A stretch of DNA of 32,000 bases from Nostoc punctiforme PCC 73102 (GCF_000020025.1 NC_010630.1:30001-62000); one strand, 5' to 3'; positions 7,532-15,538 are shown, numbered from the stretch's first letter. Notes: generated from the sequence alone by a model not told the origin. Made by a program: numbers and translations.

Positions 7532-10510
7532 TCAGCGATACTTATTTTCTTTAACCCGCAAAGGACGCAACTGGCCAAAACTGGTCGCCTGCTTCAAATT
7601 CCACACATAATCGCCAGTGAGATTGATATGCTCCCAACCCAACGGTGACAAATGTTGCAAATGTTCTTCAGGAATATCCATCCCCTGTTCCTGCAAATAA
7701 TCTACAGCTTTTTCTAAGTACACCGTATTCCACAGAACAATAGCAGCAATCACCAAATTCAAGCCACTAGCCCGATAAAACTGGTCTTCATAAGAGCGAT
7801 CGCGCAATTCCCCCAGCCGATTAAAAAACACTGCTCTTTTCAAGGTATGTTTCGCCTCACCTTTATTAAGTCCCGCCGTCGCTCGTCGCCGCAGTTCTGG
7901 ACTCTGCAACCATTCCAGGGTAAATAAAGTCCGCTCAATCCTCCCCAACTCCCGCAAAGCCAAAGCTAAACGATTCTGCCGAGGATAAGAAGCTAATTTC
8001 CTCAACATCAAAGAAGCAGTCACCGTCCCCGTGCGAATTGAACTAGCAAGGCGAAGAATCTCATCCCAAGACTCTTGAATCAATTTCACATTAATCTTGT
8101 CACCTACCAGAGGTGCTAAAACCGAATCAGGGGAACTAGGTTCAAAAGTATATAATTTCTTATCAGGTAAATCTCGCATTCGGGGTGCAAATCTAAACCC
8201 TAATAAATGGCACATTGCAAACACATGCTCGGTATAACCGCTTGTATCTGTATAATGCTCCTGAATCTGTAAATCACTCTCGTGATACAACAAACCATCT
8301 AAAACGTGAGTTGCATCCCTAATCGTGGCGTTAATTACCTTAACGTGAAATGGAGCATACTGGTCGGAAATATGCGTGTAAAAAATCACGCTTCTATCCT
8401 TACCGTACTTGGCATTGATCTCTTCATTAAAACTGCGATGTCCACCTGCTTTAAACCGTTGGCCATCAGAAGAAGATGTTGTCCCATCACCCCAATAAGC
8501 AGCAAATGGGATCTGTGCATGAAAATTCACTACCTCAGCTAAAGCCTTGGAATAAGTTTCATCTCGAATATACCAATCCGCCACCCAAGCTAAACGCTCA
8601 AAAGACATTCCTTGAGTTGCGTCAGCCATCCGCGTTAAACCTAAATTAATACCATCAGCAAGCAAGGCACTTAACAAAACAACTTTATCTGAAACTTGTT
8701 CTCCGGAATGTAAATGCGTAAAATGTTTAGTAAATTGTGTCCAAGAATCAACTTCTACCAACAAATCAGTCAACTTAATTCTTGGCAACAAACTATGAAC
8801 TTTTCTGCTAAATTCATCAACCTCCTTGGGGACAGCATTGGTGAGAGGAGTGATAATTAACAACTCGTTTTCTATCCTGACATCTACCAACTTATTCTCT
8901 ACAATCATTGAAGAAACAAGCGCTAATTGTTCAGACAATTCGATTGAGCGTTGTTCAATATAGGTAGTAAAATCCGTTGTTACTGCCACAGGTATAGTGT
9001 TAGAAGAACGCATTGACTGCCATGAGCTATCTGGTAATAAATAATCCTCAAAATCTTGGAACTGCTTCGAGCCTGCTACCCAAATATCCCCAGAACGCAA
9101 ACCACTACGTAACTCAGCTAAAGCACACATCTCATAGTAGTGACGGTCAATAGTATCGCCCTTAATTACGTGTTTTGACCAACGAGGCTTAACGAAACTA
9201 GTGTCCGCAGATTCCGGCACTTTTCGACCACCTGATATATTTAATTCTTTAATAATCTCTAAAGCCTTTATTACTGGTAAACTGGCAGAAGTAGCTTTAA
9301 ATTCAAAGGCTGACAACAATTTAGGCGTATACCGTCGTAATTGTGAATAACGGTTATCAAGCAGTTCAAGATAATCAAAATCTACGGGTCTGGCTAGCTT
9401 TTCCGCTTCGGCAACACTACTAATAAATTTCTCCCAATCCAACACAGATTCAATCGCTTGATAGGCATCATTGGACTCATCTCTAGCTGCAATTAATGCC
9501 TTGCCCACTTGAGCATACAATCGGACTTTTTCATTAATCGCTTTGCCATCGCGTTGAAACTTATCGCCGTGCTGATGCTCACTTTTATTAAATAATTTAC
9601 CCATCATTTTATCATGCATTCCAATCGCATAATCGACCAATGAAGCACTCCATTCAATCAGAAAAGCAACTAAAATAGCATAACGTCTCGATTCATCCAA
9701 CCTAGATAGGTGAGCAGGTGTAGACTTTGCACCAGTTCTAGTAAATTGCAGCAGACGATTTTGGTGTACTCGTTTCAAGCATCCAGAGTCGAGGTTGAGA
9801 TGGCGAATAAACTCCAGTCGTTCCACCACTTTTAAAAAGTTTCTTGGATTAGCCTGACCTGGTGGTTGACGTAGCCAAATTAAATCAGTCAGTTTTTTAT
9901 CAGGCTCTACAACTAATAACTTATCTAGCGCCGTCTTTTGTAATGTTGTCAAACTTTTAGTCAACTCAAGACATACTAATTTTTGAGCGCGATGCCTGAC
10001 CTCCCAGGCTAAACGTTCTACTGTAGAAATAGCTGGAATAATAATTTGGCGCAAGCGCATCTCATCAATCAACACTCCCACAAGCGCCATCCCTTTATCT
10101 GACGATATTGCAAAAGGTAATAACCATTTTGAGAATTGCTTGTATGTAGATGTATTAAAAGTATGAAATCCGAAATTGTTTTGAATTTCTGCCAGATGTT
10201 CGCGTCGAGTTGTATCCCTTTGGGAATATTCGGTGATGATTGTTGGGTCAAGTTTTAATTGAGATGCAATATAAAACAGTACAGATTCCGGTACTATTTC
10301 TCCTAAACTCCAAACACGACCGGGGAAGCGTAGGTAAGATAACTGTACGGCGAAACCAAGACGATTGTGCGGTCTACGACGCTCTTTGATAACTTTGAGT
10401 TCGTCATTACTAAAAGTATAGTAGCGAGCTATATCTCTTGTCGTGATAGAATTGGGAATTTCAGTAAATTGAAGTCGTTGTGTCGGAGATAAAAGTTCGC
10501 GCGTTGCCAA
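7532..10510 (-). CDS. tnpA: Tn3-family transposase, full length (992 aa)
   Basis: The N-terminus (LSPTQRLQFTEIP...ARYYTFSNDELKVIKERRRPHNRLGFAVQLSYLRFPGR) and the C-terminal DDE region are typical of Tn3 TnpA. The start is TTG at 10510. The stop lies 26 nt from the inner end of the IR. Confidence 0.95.
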   Translation of the reverse strand: MATRELLSPTQRLQFTEIPNSITTRDIARYYTFSNDELKVIKERRRPHNRLGFAVQLSYLRFPGRVWSLGEIVPESVLFYIASQLKLDPTIITEYSQRDTTRREHLAEIQNNFGFHTFNTSTYKQFSKWLLPFAISSDKGMALVGVLIDEMRLRQIIIPAISTVERLAWEVRHRAQKLVCLELTKSLTTLQKTALDKLLVVEPDKKLTDLIWLRQPPGQANPRNFLKVVERLEFIRHLNLDSGCLKRVHQNRLLQFTRTGAKSTPAHLSRLDESRRYAILVAFLIEWSASLVDYAIGMHDKMMGKLFNKSEHQHGDKFQRDGKAINEKVRLYAQVGKALIAARDESNDAYQAIESVLDWEKFISSVAEAEKLARPVDFDYLELLDNRYSQLRRYTPKLLSAFEFKATSASLPVIKALEIIKELNISGGRKVPESADTSFVKPRWSKHVIKGDTIDRHYYEMCALAELRSGLRSGDIWVAGSKQFQDFEDYLLPDSSWQSMRSSNTIPVAVTTDFTTYIEQRSIELSEQLALVSSMIVENKLVDVRIENELLIITPLTNAVPKEVDEFSRKVHSLLPRIKLTDLLVEVDSWTQFTKHFTHLHSGEQVSDKVVLLSALLADGINLGLTRMADATQGMSFERLAWVADWYIRDETYSKALAEVVNFHAQIPFAAYWGDGTTSSSDGQRFKAGGHRSFNEEINAKYGKDRSVIFYTHISDQYAPFHVKVINATIRDATHVLDGLLYHESDLQIQEHYTDTSGYTEHVFAMCHLLGFRFAPRMRDLPDKKLYTFEPSSPDSVLAPLVGDKINVKLIQESWDEILRLASSIRTGTVTASLMLRKLASYPRQNRLALALRELGRIERTLFTLEWLQSPELRRRATAGLNKGEAKHTLKRAVFFNRLGELRDRSYEDQFYRASGLNLVIAAIVLWNTVYLEKAVDYLQEQGMDIPEEHLQHLSPLGWEHINLTGDYVWNLKQATSFGQLRPLRVKENKYR

Positions 10511-10533
10511 TTAGATACCTGGATATTCAGTTT

Positions 10534-11004
10534 TTAAGAAGTAGTTTGATTTTGTTTATAATTCGCACCACAGTAAGGGCAGAATTTAAATTTCAATGAC
10601 ATAATTGGTTCATTGCAACTAACACAGCGATTTCGTAAAGCTGTGCCACAAGCAAAGCAATACTTCGACCGTAAATCTGTCCACATTTGGTCAGGGGTAG
10701 TTCCTGGAGTCCAACATTTAGGACAAAATTTTAACGTAGTTATTGTTTCTGGAGAGACTTTCTTCGCTGCCGCATCTAGGTACTCCGGTGGTATTCCCAA
10801 CGCAGCAGCTAGACCGCCTTTAGCCTTTTGATTGAGTCTATTAGTTTGTCCACCCTCAATTTTGCGGATGGTCTGGATATGTATTCCCGCTTTGAAACTC
10901 AACTCTTTTTGGGTTAAAGAAAGCTGACCTCGCAATCTCTGGACGTAATTAGCAAGCCCTTCTTCTCCCAATGGTCGCGTTGAATGTTCTGTTACAATCA
11001 TCAA
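10534..11004 (-). CDS. XRE-type HTH protein with a C-terminal double zinc ribbon, co-oriented with and 23 nt upstream of tnpA
   Basis: The HTH is LSLTQKELSFKAGIHIQTIRKIEGGQT. Four CxxC pairs are present: CPKC, CFAC, CVSC and CPYC. The ATG at 11001 is the likely start; the track begins at TTG 11004. Confidence 0.75.
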   Translation of the reverse strand: MMIVTEHSTRPLGEEGLANYVQRLRGQLSLTQKELSFKAGIHIQTIRKIEGGQTNRLNQKAKGGLAAALGIPPEYLDAAAKKVSPETITTLKFCPKCWTPGTTPDQMWTDLRSKYCFACGTALRNRCVSCNEPIMSLKFKFCPYCGANYKQNQTTS

Positions 11005-11088
11005 AATATATCTGAAAATATATTTGTTAATGATAAGTTAATATCTAAACCTTTATTCAAATAAATTGTAAAAAGCTTTTCTAAAGTA
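11004..11088. promoter_or_regulatory. Divergent promoter region; candidate resolution (res/IRS-like) site
   Basis: AAATATAT (11004-11011), a 6-nt spacer CTGAAA, then ATATATTT (11018-11025). This is the geometry of a tyrosine-recombinase core site. GTTAAT is directly repeated just downstream. Confidence 0.3.
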
Positions 11089-11982
11089 ATGATGACTTTA
11101 GCAGCTTTAGCCACCAAGTTTTTAGAACGTCCAGGACTAGCCAAAAGTACTCTGCGTTCATATCAGTCTACGATTATCCCCTTGCTCAAGGAGTACGGTC
11201 GATGGTCAATAGAAATCATCGACAGACAAGTTTTGATGGAATATCTCAATCATTTAACTGATGTTTCCTATACGACCCACCACCGTCATCAAGCTGTAAT
11301 CACGGCTTTGTTCAGTTTTGCTGTTGATATGGAATATCTCAAATCCAATCCGGTTGCGGGTCTCAGAAGACGTAAACCCAGTCGAGAACAAGGAGAACAC
11401 GCTACTGATGAGGCTGTGCGTTACCTTACTCCATACCAATTAAGTATCCTGTATCGTGTCATCAAAAAAGATGTTCGTTTGTCTGCATTGGTGCGTTTGT
11501 TGCATACTAGTGGCGCTAGGATTGCTGAGGTACTAGCTCTAAATTTAGATGAGATAGACCTCAAAGCCCGAAAATTTCAGGTTGTTGGGAAAGGCAACAA
11601 GCAACGGTGGTGTTTTTACAGTGAAGTAGCACTCAATAGTCTAAATCACTACATTGAATATTATAGACATCCTAAGCATCCAGCCCTGTTTACTGCTCAA
11701 CAGCCAAAGACTTTGGAAGTATCCCGGCTTTCTTACCGCATGGCGCATAAATCCTGGATTAAGCTCATCAGAGATAGTCCTGAACTCCAAGAAATTCGTA
11801 TTCATGACCTACGGCACACTTTTGCTACAGAGCGAGTGGGATTAATGGGAATTGAAGAACTCAGGGCGCTCATGGGACATGAAAGCATTCAGACAACATT
11901 ACGGTATCAAAAAGTAACGTCGCAACGTGCAGAAATTGTGGCACAATTGGCGTTGAAAAACCTACCAAATTTTTCTGAATAA
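11089..11982 (+). CDS. Tyrosine site-specific recombinase (XerC/D- or TnpI-like), candidate cointegrate resolvase
   Basis: Catalytic signature: SGARIAEVLAL (Arg), IHDLRHTFAT (HxxR) and LMGHESIQTTLRYQ (His...Tyr). An N-terminal SAM-like core-binding domain is present. Confidence 0.9.
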   Translation: MMTLAALATKFLERPGLAKSTLRSYQSTIIPLLKEYGRWSIEIIDRQVLMEYLNHLTDVSYTTHHRHQAVITALFSFAVDMEYLKSNPVAGLRRRKPSREQGEHATDEAVRYLTPYQLSILYRVIKKDVRLSALVRLLHTSGARIAEVLALNLDEIDLKARKFQVVGKGNKQRWCFYSEVALNSLNHYIEYYRHPKHPALFTAQQPKTLEVSRLSYRMAHKSWIKLIRDSPELQEIRIHDLRHTFATERVGLMGIEELRALMGHESIQTTLRYQKVTSQRAEIVAQLALKNLPNFSE

Positions 11983-12172
11983 TTTCAGTATTTAACTGAC
12001 CAAGTGTGATAATAAAACAATACTTTTGCCAAAACATACTATGCTTGGTGCAGGGAATACATACTACTCTGCACCAACAAAATAAGGGTAATCAACCACT
12101 CAGGTAAAACATCAGCCATCGCGCTGAAAAACAATACAACAAGATTATCCATCAAGTGACAAAAAGGGAATT

Positions 12173-12322
12173 ATGTATTTAAACGAGAAAACAGGTCAAC
12201 CCTGCACAATAATTGAACACACCACAGCAAACGCACCTTATTGCTTAGTTAAGTATGCCGATGGTGTGCGTAAAACTGAGCATTTCGCGGATTTGAAGAG
12301 AATTAGGGAAGTTGCAAAATAG
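12173..12322 (+). CDS. Hypothetical 49-aa protein (transposon cargo); below the ORF-track cutoff
   Basis: The ATG is preceded by AAGGGA. Translation: MYLNEKTGQPCTIIEHTTANAPYCLVKYADGVRKTEHFADLKRIREVAK. The stop lies 9 nt before the next ORF. Confidence 0.4.
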   Translation: MYLNEKTGQPCTIIEHTTANAPYCLVKYADGVRKTEHFADLKRIREVAK

Positions 12323-12331
12323 GAATTAATT

Positions 12332-12553
12332 ATGAGCAACCCTGACAATCATCCTGTTTTTGAAATTACCGTTACCGAAGAAGATGGAACTTTTTACGAG
12401 TCGTTTATTGCGTATGTTGATGGAGATTTATTTCGATGCTTGAAAATTTTAGATTATCCCGAAGACTGGGAAATTGATACAGAAGAACTATCAAAAGATA
12501 CGCCGGAAGTGAAGTGGTATTTATGCGAATCTCAAATGATTGAAATCGATTGA
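12332..12553 (+). CDS. Hypothetical strongly acidic 73-aa protein (cargo)
   Basis: Hand count gives 20 Asp+Glu against 4 Lys+Arg. It is tightly packed with neighbouring same-strand ORFs. Confidence 0.55.
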   Translation: MSNPDNHPVFEITVTEEDGTFYESFIAYVDGDLFRCLKILDYPEDWEIDTEELSKDTPEVKWYLCESQMIEID

Positions 12554-12571
12554 TAAACACTATAGCCTGCT

Positions 12572-12937
12572 ATGCTAGCCAAGACTATGGATATGAACTG
12601 GAGAATTTCAATAGGCACACAGCCAAAATATAATACAAGCCAAATGCTATCGAATCATTTTGATAGTTTATTAGCAGATGCCAGATTTAATTTTACCATG
12701 CCTAAATACTATTTTAGGGAAAAGTGTATTGGAATTGTACGGTATTGTGAATGTATTGAATGTACCGCTTTTGATTGCTACGAATGCCAAAAGAGAATAC
12801 CAAAAGGTCAAGAAAATATTATTTACTGGTCGGATGATAACCCACACTACTATTGCCAAGATTGCTTGCCAAAACAATTAGAAGCGATTCAACAAACAGT
12901 AGATTACGGGTTAAATGAAACACACGATAGTTTTTAA
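12572..12937 (+). CDS. Hypothetical Cys-rich (zinc-finger-like) 121-aa protein (cargo)
   Basis: CECIECTAFDCYECQ...YYCQDCLP supplies several CxxC-type pairs. Confidence 0.55.
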   Translation: MLAKTMDMNWRISIGTQPKYNTSQMLSNHFDSLLADARFNFTMPKYYFREKCIGIVRYCECIECTAFDCYECQKRIPKGQENIIYWSDDNPHYYCQDCLPKQLEAIQQTVDYGLNETHDSF

Positions 12938-12942
12938 AATAT

Positions 12943-13146
12943 ATGGGGAAAAGAAAATTAAAGCCGGGCGATCGCGTAATCTTTGAATCGCACGATGAAC
13001 ATTGCTTGCCATTTCAGCAAGTTGGCATCGTAAAACGCTATATTTATCCACACTTTCACCCAGATGGATATATTGAAATTGTGGATGAAGCCGGCGATAC
13101 AATTCTTTACGGCGAAGCAGTCAAAGGGACTCAGAAGGCGAAATGA
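12943..13146 (+). CDS. Hypothetical 67-aa protein (cargo)
   Basis: The ORF starts 5 nt after the previous stop on the same strand. I recognised no family. Confidence 0.5.
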   Translation: MGKRKLKPGDRVIFESHDEHCLPFQQVGIVKRYIYPHFHPDGYIEIVDEAGDTILYGEAVKGTQKAK

Positions 13147-13203
13147 CGAAATGGATATTTTTAAATTTTGTATAATCATCTCATTAAAGCATGGATTTAT
13201 ACA

Positions 13204-13533
13204 ATGAAAATTACTGAAATTTACGTGAGGAATAATTGTTTAGTATTTTGCACCGATGATGGATGTAAATCAATTTATCATTTATCAAATATTGTTGTAG
13301 ATACAAGCTTATCAATAGATTCGCTCTCTCCCGAAAACCTACCAGAATCAAGAGTAGAAACAATTATTGAAGCTGAAGGCGAGCAAATAGCAATGATTGA
13401 AATCAAAGGCCTAATTGGTAGATTAGAAAATGCAGAAAATTGCCTTGAGGCTAATTCTAATGAAGCTTATCACAGCTGCTCTTATTGCTTTTCCGGGCAA
13501 ATAAACAATATTTTAAATCAACTTTTTAGTTAA
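13204..13533 (+). CDS. Hypothetical 109-aa protein (cargo)
   Basis: I prefer the ATG at 13204 (MKITEIY) over the TTG at 13168. No family recognised. Confidence 0.5.
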   Translation: MKITEIYVRNNCLVFCTDDGCKSIYHLSNIVVDTSLSIDSLSPENLPESRVETIIEAEGEQIAMIEIKGLIGRLENAENCLEANSNEAYHSCSYCFSGQINNILNQLFS

Positions 13534-13671
13534 CCTAGTGAGTTGAAAAGGGAAGGGGAAAGAAACCTTTAACCTTTTCCCAAAACTCAATTCCGAGTTA
13601 AAAATGCAAAACCCGAACAGTATTGCGATCCAACGGATGACCTAGATAATGAATGGGGATCTAGAAAGAGA

Positions 13672-13938
13672 ATGACTAGCAAAAAATTTTATGACCCTTT
13701 GGAGCATTCACCACAAGAAAATCAACAATACTTGATTACTTTGATAGAAGAAATGCGATCGCTTTTGATTGAAATGCAGCACGGAGAAGAAGATTTTCTA
13801 CAAGTTTCAAAAGATACTAGAGCAATGCTGTTGGCTGCTGTGTCTGAAGCAGGAAGGTTATTAAAGCCGGCTCAAGAGTACAGCGTAGAAGCTCAAGCTG
13901 TAGTTGATTATGGCTTTCAACCAGAGCATCTACTGTAA
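13672..13938 (+). CDS. Hypothetical acidic helical 88-aa protein (cargo)
   Basis: Same-strand ORF containing a HIP1 site (13755-13762). No family recognised. Confidence 0.5.
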   Translation: MTSKKFYDPLEHSPQENQQYLITLIEEMRSLLIEMQHGEEDFLQVSKDTRAMLLAAVSEAGRLLKPAQEYSVEAQAVVDYGFQPEHLL

Positions 13939-13981
13939 GGCGTTAAGTCTAAATCTCATAGCAAGGGAATAAAAATAAAAA

Positions 13982-14353
13982 ATGAATATCAAGAGTGAAA
14001 ATTATGCTGATTTTCAAACTTGGTCAAAGCAAGTTGCATCTTGGCAATGTATTCCTCCGATAGTTTCTATTGACATTGAGCGAGAACGTAGTTGCGTGTG
14101 GTTTAATGTAGGTGGCGAAAATCGTCCTCTTGTTAGGTACGCAATTTTTTCCAATATGGGTGGTTGGCAAAGTGGTCATGAGGCTAATGCTGCTGCTAAT
14201 CCATCGGCTTCTTCATTAGGAGAAGCCAAATATTTATACAACCAACTTATTACTGGCAAGATGAATAATGAAGTCAAGTCAATTTTGACTATTGTTGCAA
14301 TTGCTAAGTCTAAAAATACTAATATTAGTATTTCTGAGAATCTTATAGCCTGA
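13982..14353 (+). CDS. Hypothetical 123-aa protein (cargo)
   Basis: Last cargo ORF. Its stop codon lies inside the left arm of hairpin element copy B. Confidence 0.5.
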   Translation: MNIKSENYADFQTWSKQVASWQCIPPIVSIDIERERSCVWFNVGGENRPLVRYAIFSNMGGWQSGHEANAAANPSASSLGEAKYLYNQLITGKMNNEVKSILTIVAIAKSKNTNISISENLIA

Positions 14354-14417
14354 AAGTCATTCATAGCAATACTTTCAGGCTATCTTTCCTCTCTGAAAGC
14401 TTCGCTGTCTCTACGCC
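14339..14417. repeat. ~80-bp hairpin-bearing element, copy B, inside the transposon
   Basis: A perfect 13-bp stem has arms ATAGCCTGAAAGT (14345-14357) and ACTTTCAGGCTAT (14371-14383). By hand alignment it is roughly three-quarters identical to copy A at 1220-1299. The reverse complement starts GGCGTAGAGACAGCGAAGC. Confidence 0.5.
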
Positions 14418-14504
14418 AAAGTACACCTATAGGAGGCTCAATCTTACTTACGGGTGTTATTGAAAAATGGGTGGCTAAGATGCTTATGGGGGAAGGCTTT
14501 TAGC

Positions 14505-14542
14505 CTTAGCGTACAATTTTCCCGTTTTGGCACGGTGATGCC
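14505..14542. repeat. Right terminal inverted repeat of the Tn3-family transposon
   Basis: The reverse complement is GGCATCACCGTGCCAAAACGGGAAAATTGTACGCTAAG, with one mismatch to the left IR. Confidence 0.9.
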
Positions 14543-14547
14543 AACTA

Positions 14548-14593
14548 CGGTGACATTCTTGTTCGTTCTTTAAAAGGTGGGAGTGAAAACTAA
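14548..14593 (+). pseudogene. 3' part (15 codons plus stop) of the gene split by the transposon
   Basis: It reads (Y)GDILVRSLKGGSEN-stop in frame with 7352-7467. Its TAA overlaps the ATG of the next gene (TAATG). Confidence 0.65.
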
Positions 14594-14859
14594 TGCAAAA
14601 TCTCACTCGCATCCATGATTCAACATTACTGACTCAATCGGGCGTTTATCAAATAGATAGAACTTTGTACCGATATCTAGAAAAAACAGGCACAGTTAAA
14701 GCACCACAGTATATCTTCCGTCCTCTTTCTGGAGAGAAGAAGAAGGCAGATATCAAGCTGAATGATAAAGCTTTAACTACTCGTTGTTATGTCGTAGAAG
14801 GCTTATCTACAAGCAGTTCTGTAATCAATCAACAATCACAGCAATTGTCATTATTTTGA
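14593..14859 (+). CDS. Hypothetical 88-aa protein
   Basis: The ATG is preceded by GGTGGGAG and coupled to the interrupted upstream ORF. Confidence 0.5.
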   Translation: MQNLTRIHDSTLLTQSGVYQIDRTLYRYLEKTGTVKAPQYIFRPLSGEKKKADIKLNDKALTTRCYVVEGLSTSSSVINQQSQQLSLF

Positions 14860-14860
14860 A

Positions 14861-15046
14861 GTGAATATGAGTCGGCAATCATTACCCCAATTGGTTGTAC
14901 AAGCCCAACAATTGCTCACACAAATTCCTCAACATCCACAATACCAAGCTTTGCAATTTGATTGTGATGTCAATTTGGGTGATGTAAATCAGTTTTTCAA
15001 TACTTTGCAATCTGAATGTCAAATTAAAGGCGATCGCACCCACTAA
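14861..15046 (+). CDS. Hypothetical ~60-aa protein
   Basis: A GTG at 14861 lies 1 nt after the previous stop. An ATG at 14867 is the alternative start. Confidence 0.4.
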   Translation: MNMSRQSLPQLVVQAQQLLTQIPQHPQYQALQFDCDVNLGDVNQFFNTLQSECQIKGDRTH

Positions 15047-15110
15047 CGCCAATCAGTAATGCGAATCGCCAGCTAATAGCATCAGGTATCAATATAAAGG
15101 ATCTTACAAG

Positions 15111-15536
15111 ATGAGCGACAACATCTTCTTTGCAGCCCTGAACGCGCTAACCCTGAACGGATGCCCCTCGGAACTGGCACAGTCAGCCGCCTCCATTGTG
15201 GCTAATGATGATCCCTCGAAACCAGATTTAGGCAGAACCACTGAAGATCAGCAGATTATTCAAGAGACGCTGCCATATTTGCAGAATCAGACTTGGGACT
15301 CAACAGGAGCTTATGACAGCTATCAAACTATTGATGATACACCGCATCCCCTAGCTCACGGGCAGTTTTTAGCTAATTTAGGTGGGTTAGTCCCTGACAA
15401 TCTGATTTTTGCACTGGCAGAAGGTGAGGATTACCCGTTTCAGGTAATGCAGGAATTGGGCATTAGCGAGGATGTGATTGAACGTGCTGAATCCATCCAA
15501 TCCAGACTGGGTGAGATGAATTATTGGGGTGAATAG
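15111..15536 (+). CDS. Hypothetical acidic 141-aa protein
   Basis: Same-strand ORF. No family recognised. Confidence 0.55.
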   Translation: MSDNIFFAALNALTLNGCPSELAQSAASIVANDDPSKPDLGRTTEDQQIIQETLPYLQNQTWDSTGAYDSYQTIDDTPHPLAHGQFLANLGGLVPDNLIFALAEGEDYPFQVMQELGISEDVIERAESIQSRLGEMNYWGE

Positions 15537-15538
15537 CT

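Larger units (their letters stand above)
7468..14542. mobile_element. Complete Tn3-family transposon (7,075 bp) with a tyrosine-recombinase module and small-ORF cargo
   Basis: 38-bp terminal inverted repeats match 37/38. A 5-bp direct repeat AACTA sits at 7463-7467 and 14543-14547. The element carries a full-length TnpA. Confidence 0.9.

Noticed and set aside
8306-10251. ORFs 8306-8542(+) and 10069-10251(-) within tnpA; the same applies to 10613-10831(+) in the HTH gene and 11254-11439(-)/11654-11845(+) in the recombinase gene
   Set aside because: They are nested in well-supported genes with conserved protein signatures and have no independent evidence.
12030-12085. A 9-bp-stem hairpin (TTGGTGCAG...CTGCACCAA) after the recombinase gene, considered as a terminator
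   Set aside because: It has a 15-nt loop and no T-tract on either strand, so I cannot support a terminator call. It could still be a protein-binding dyad.
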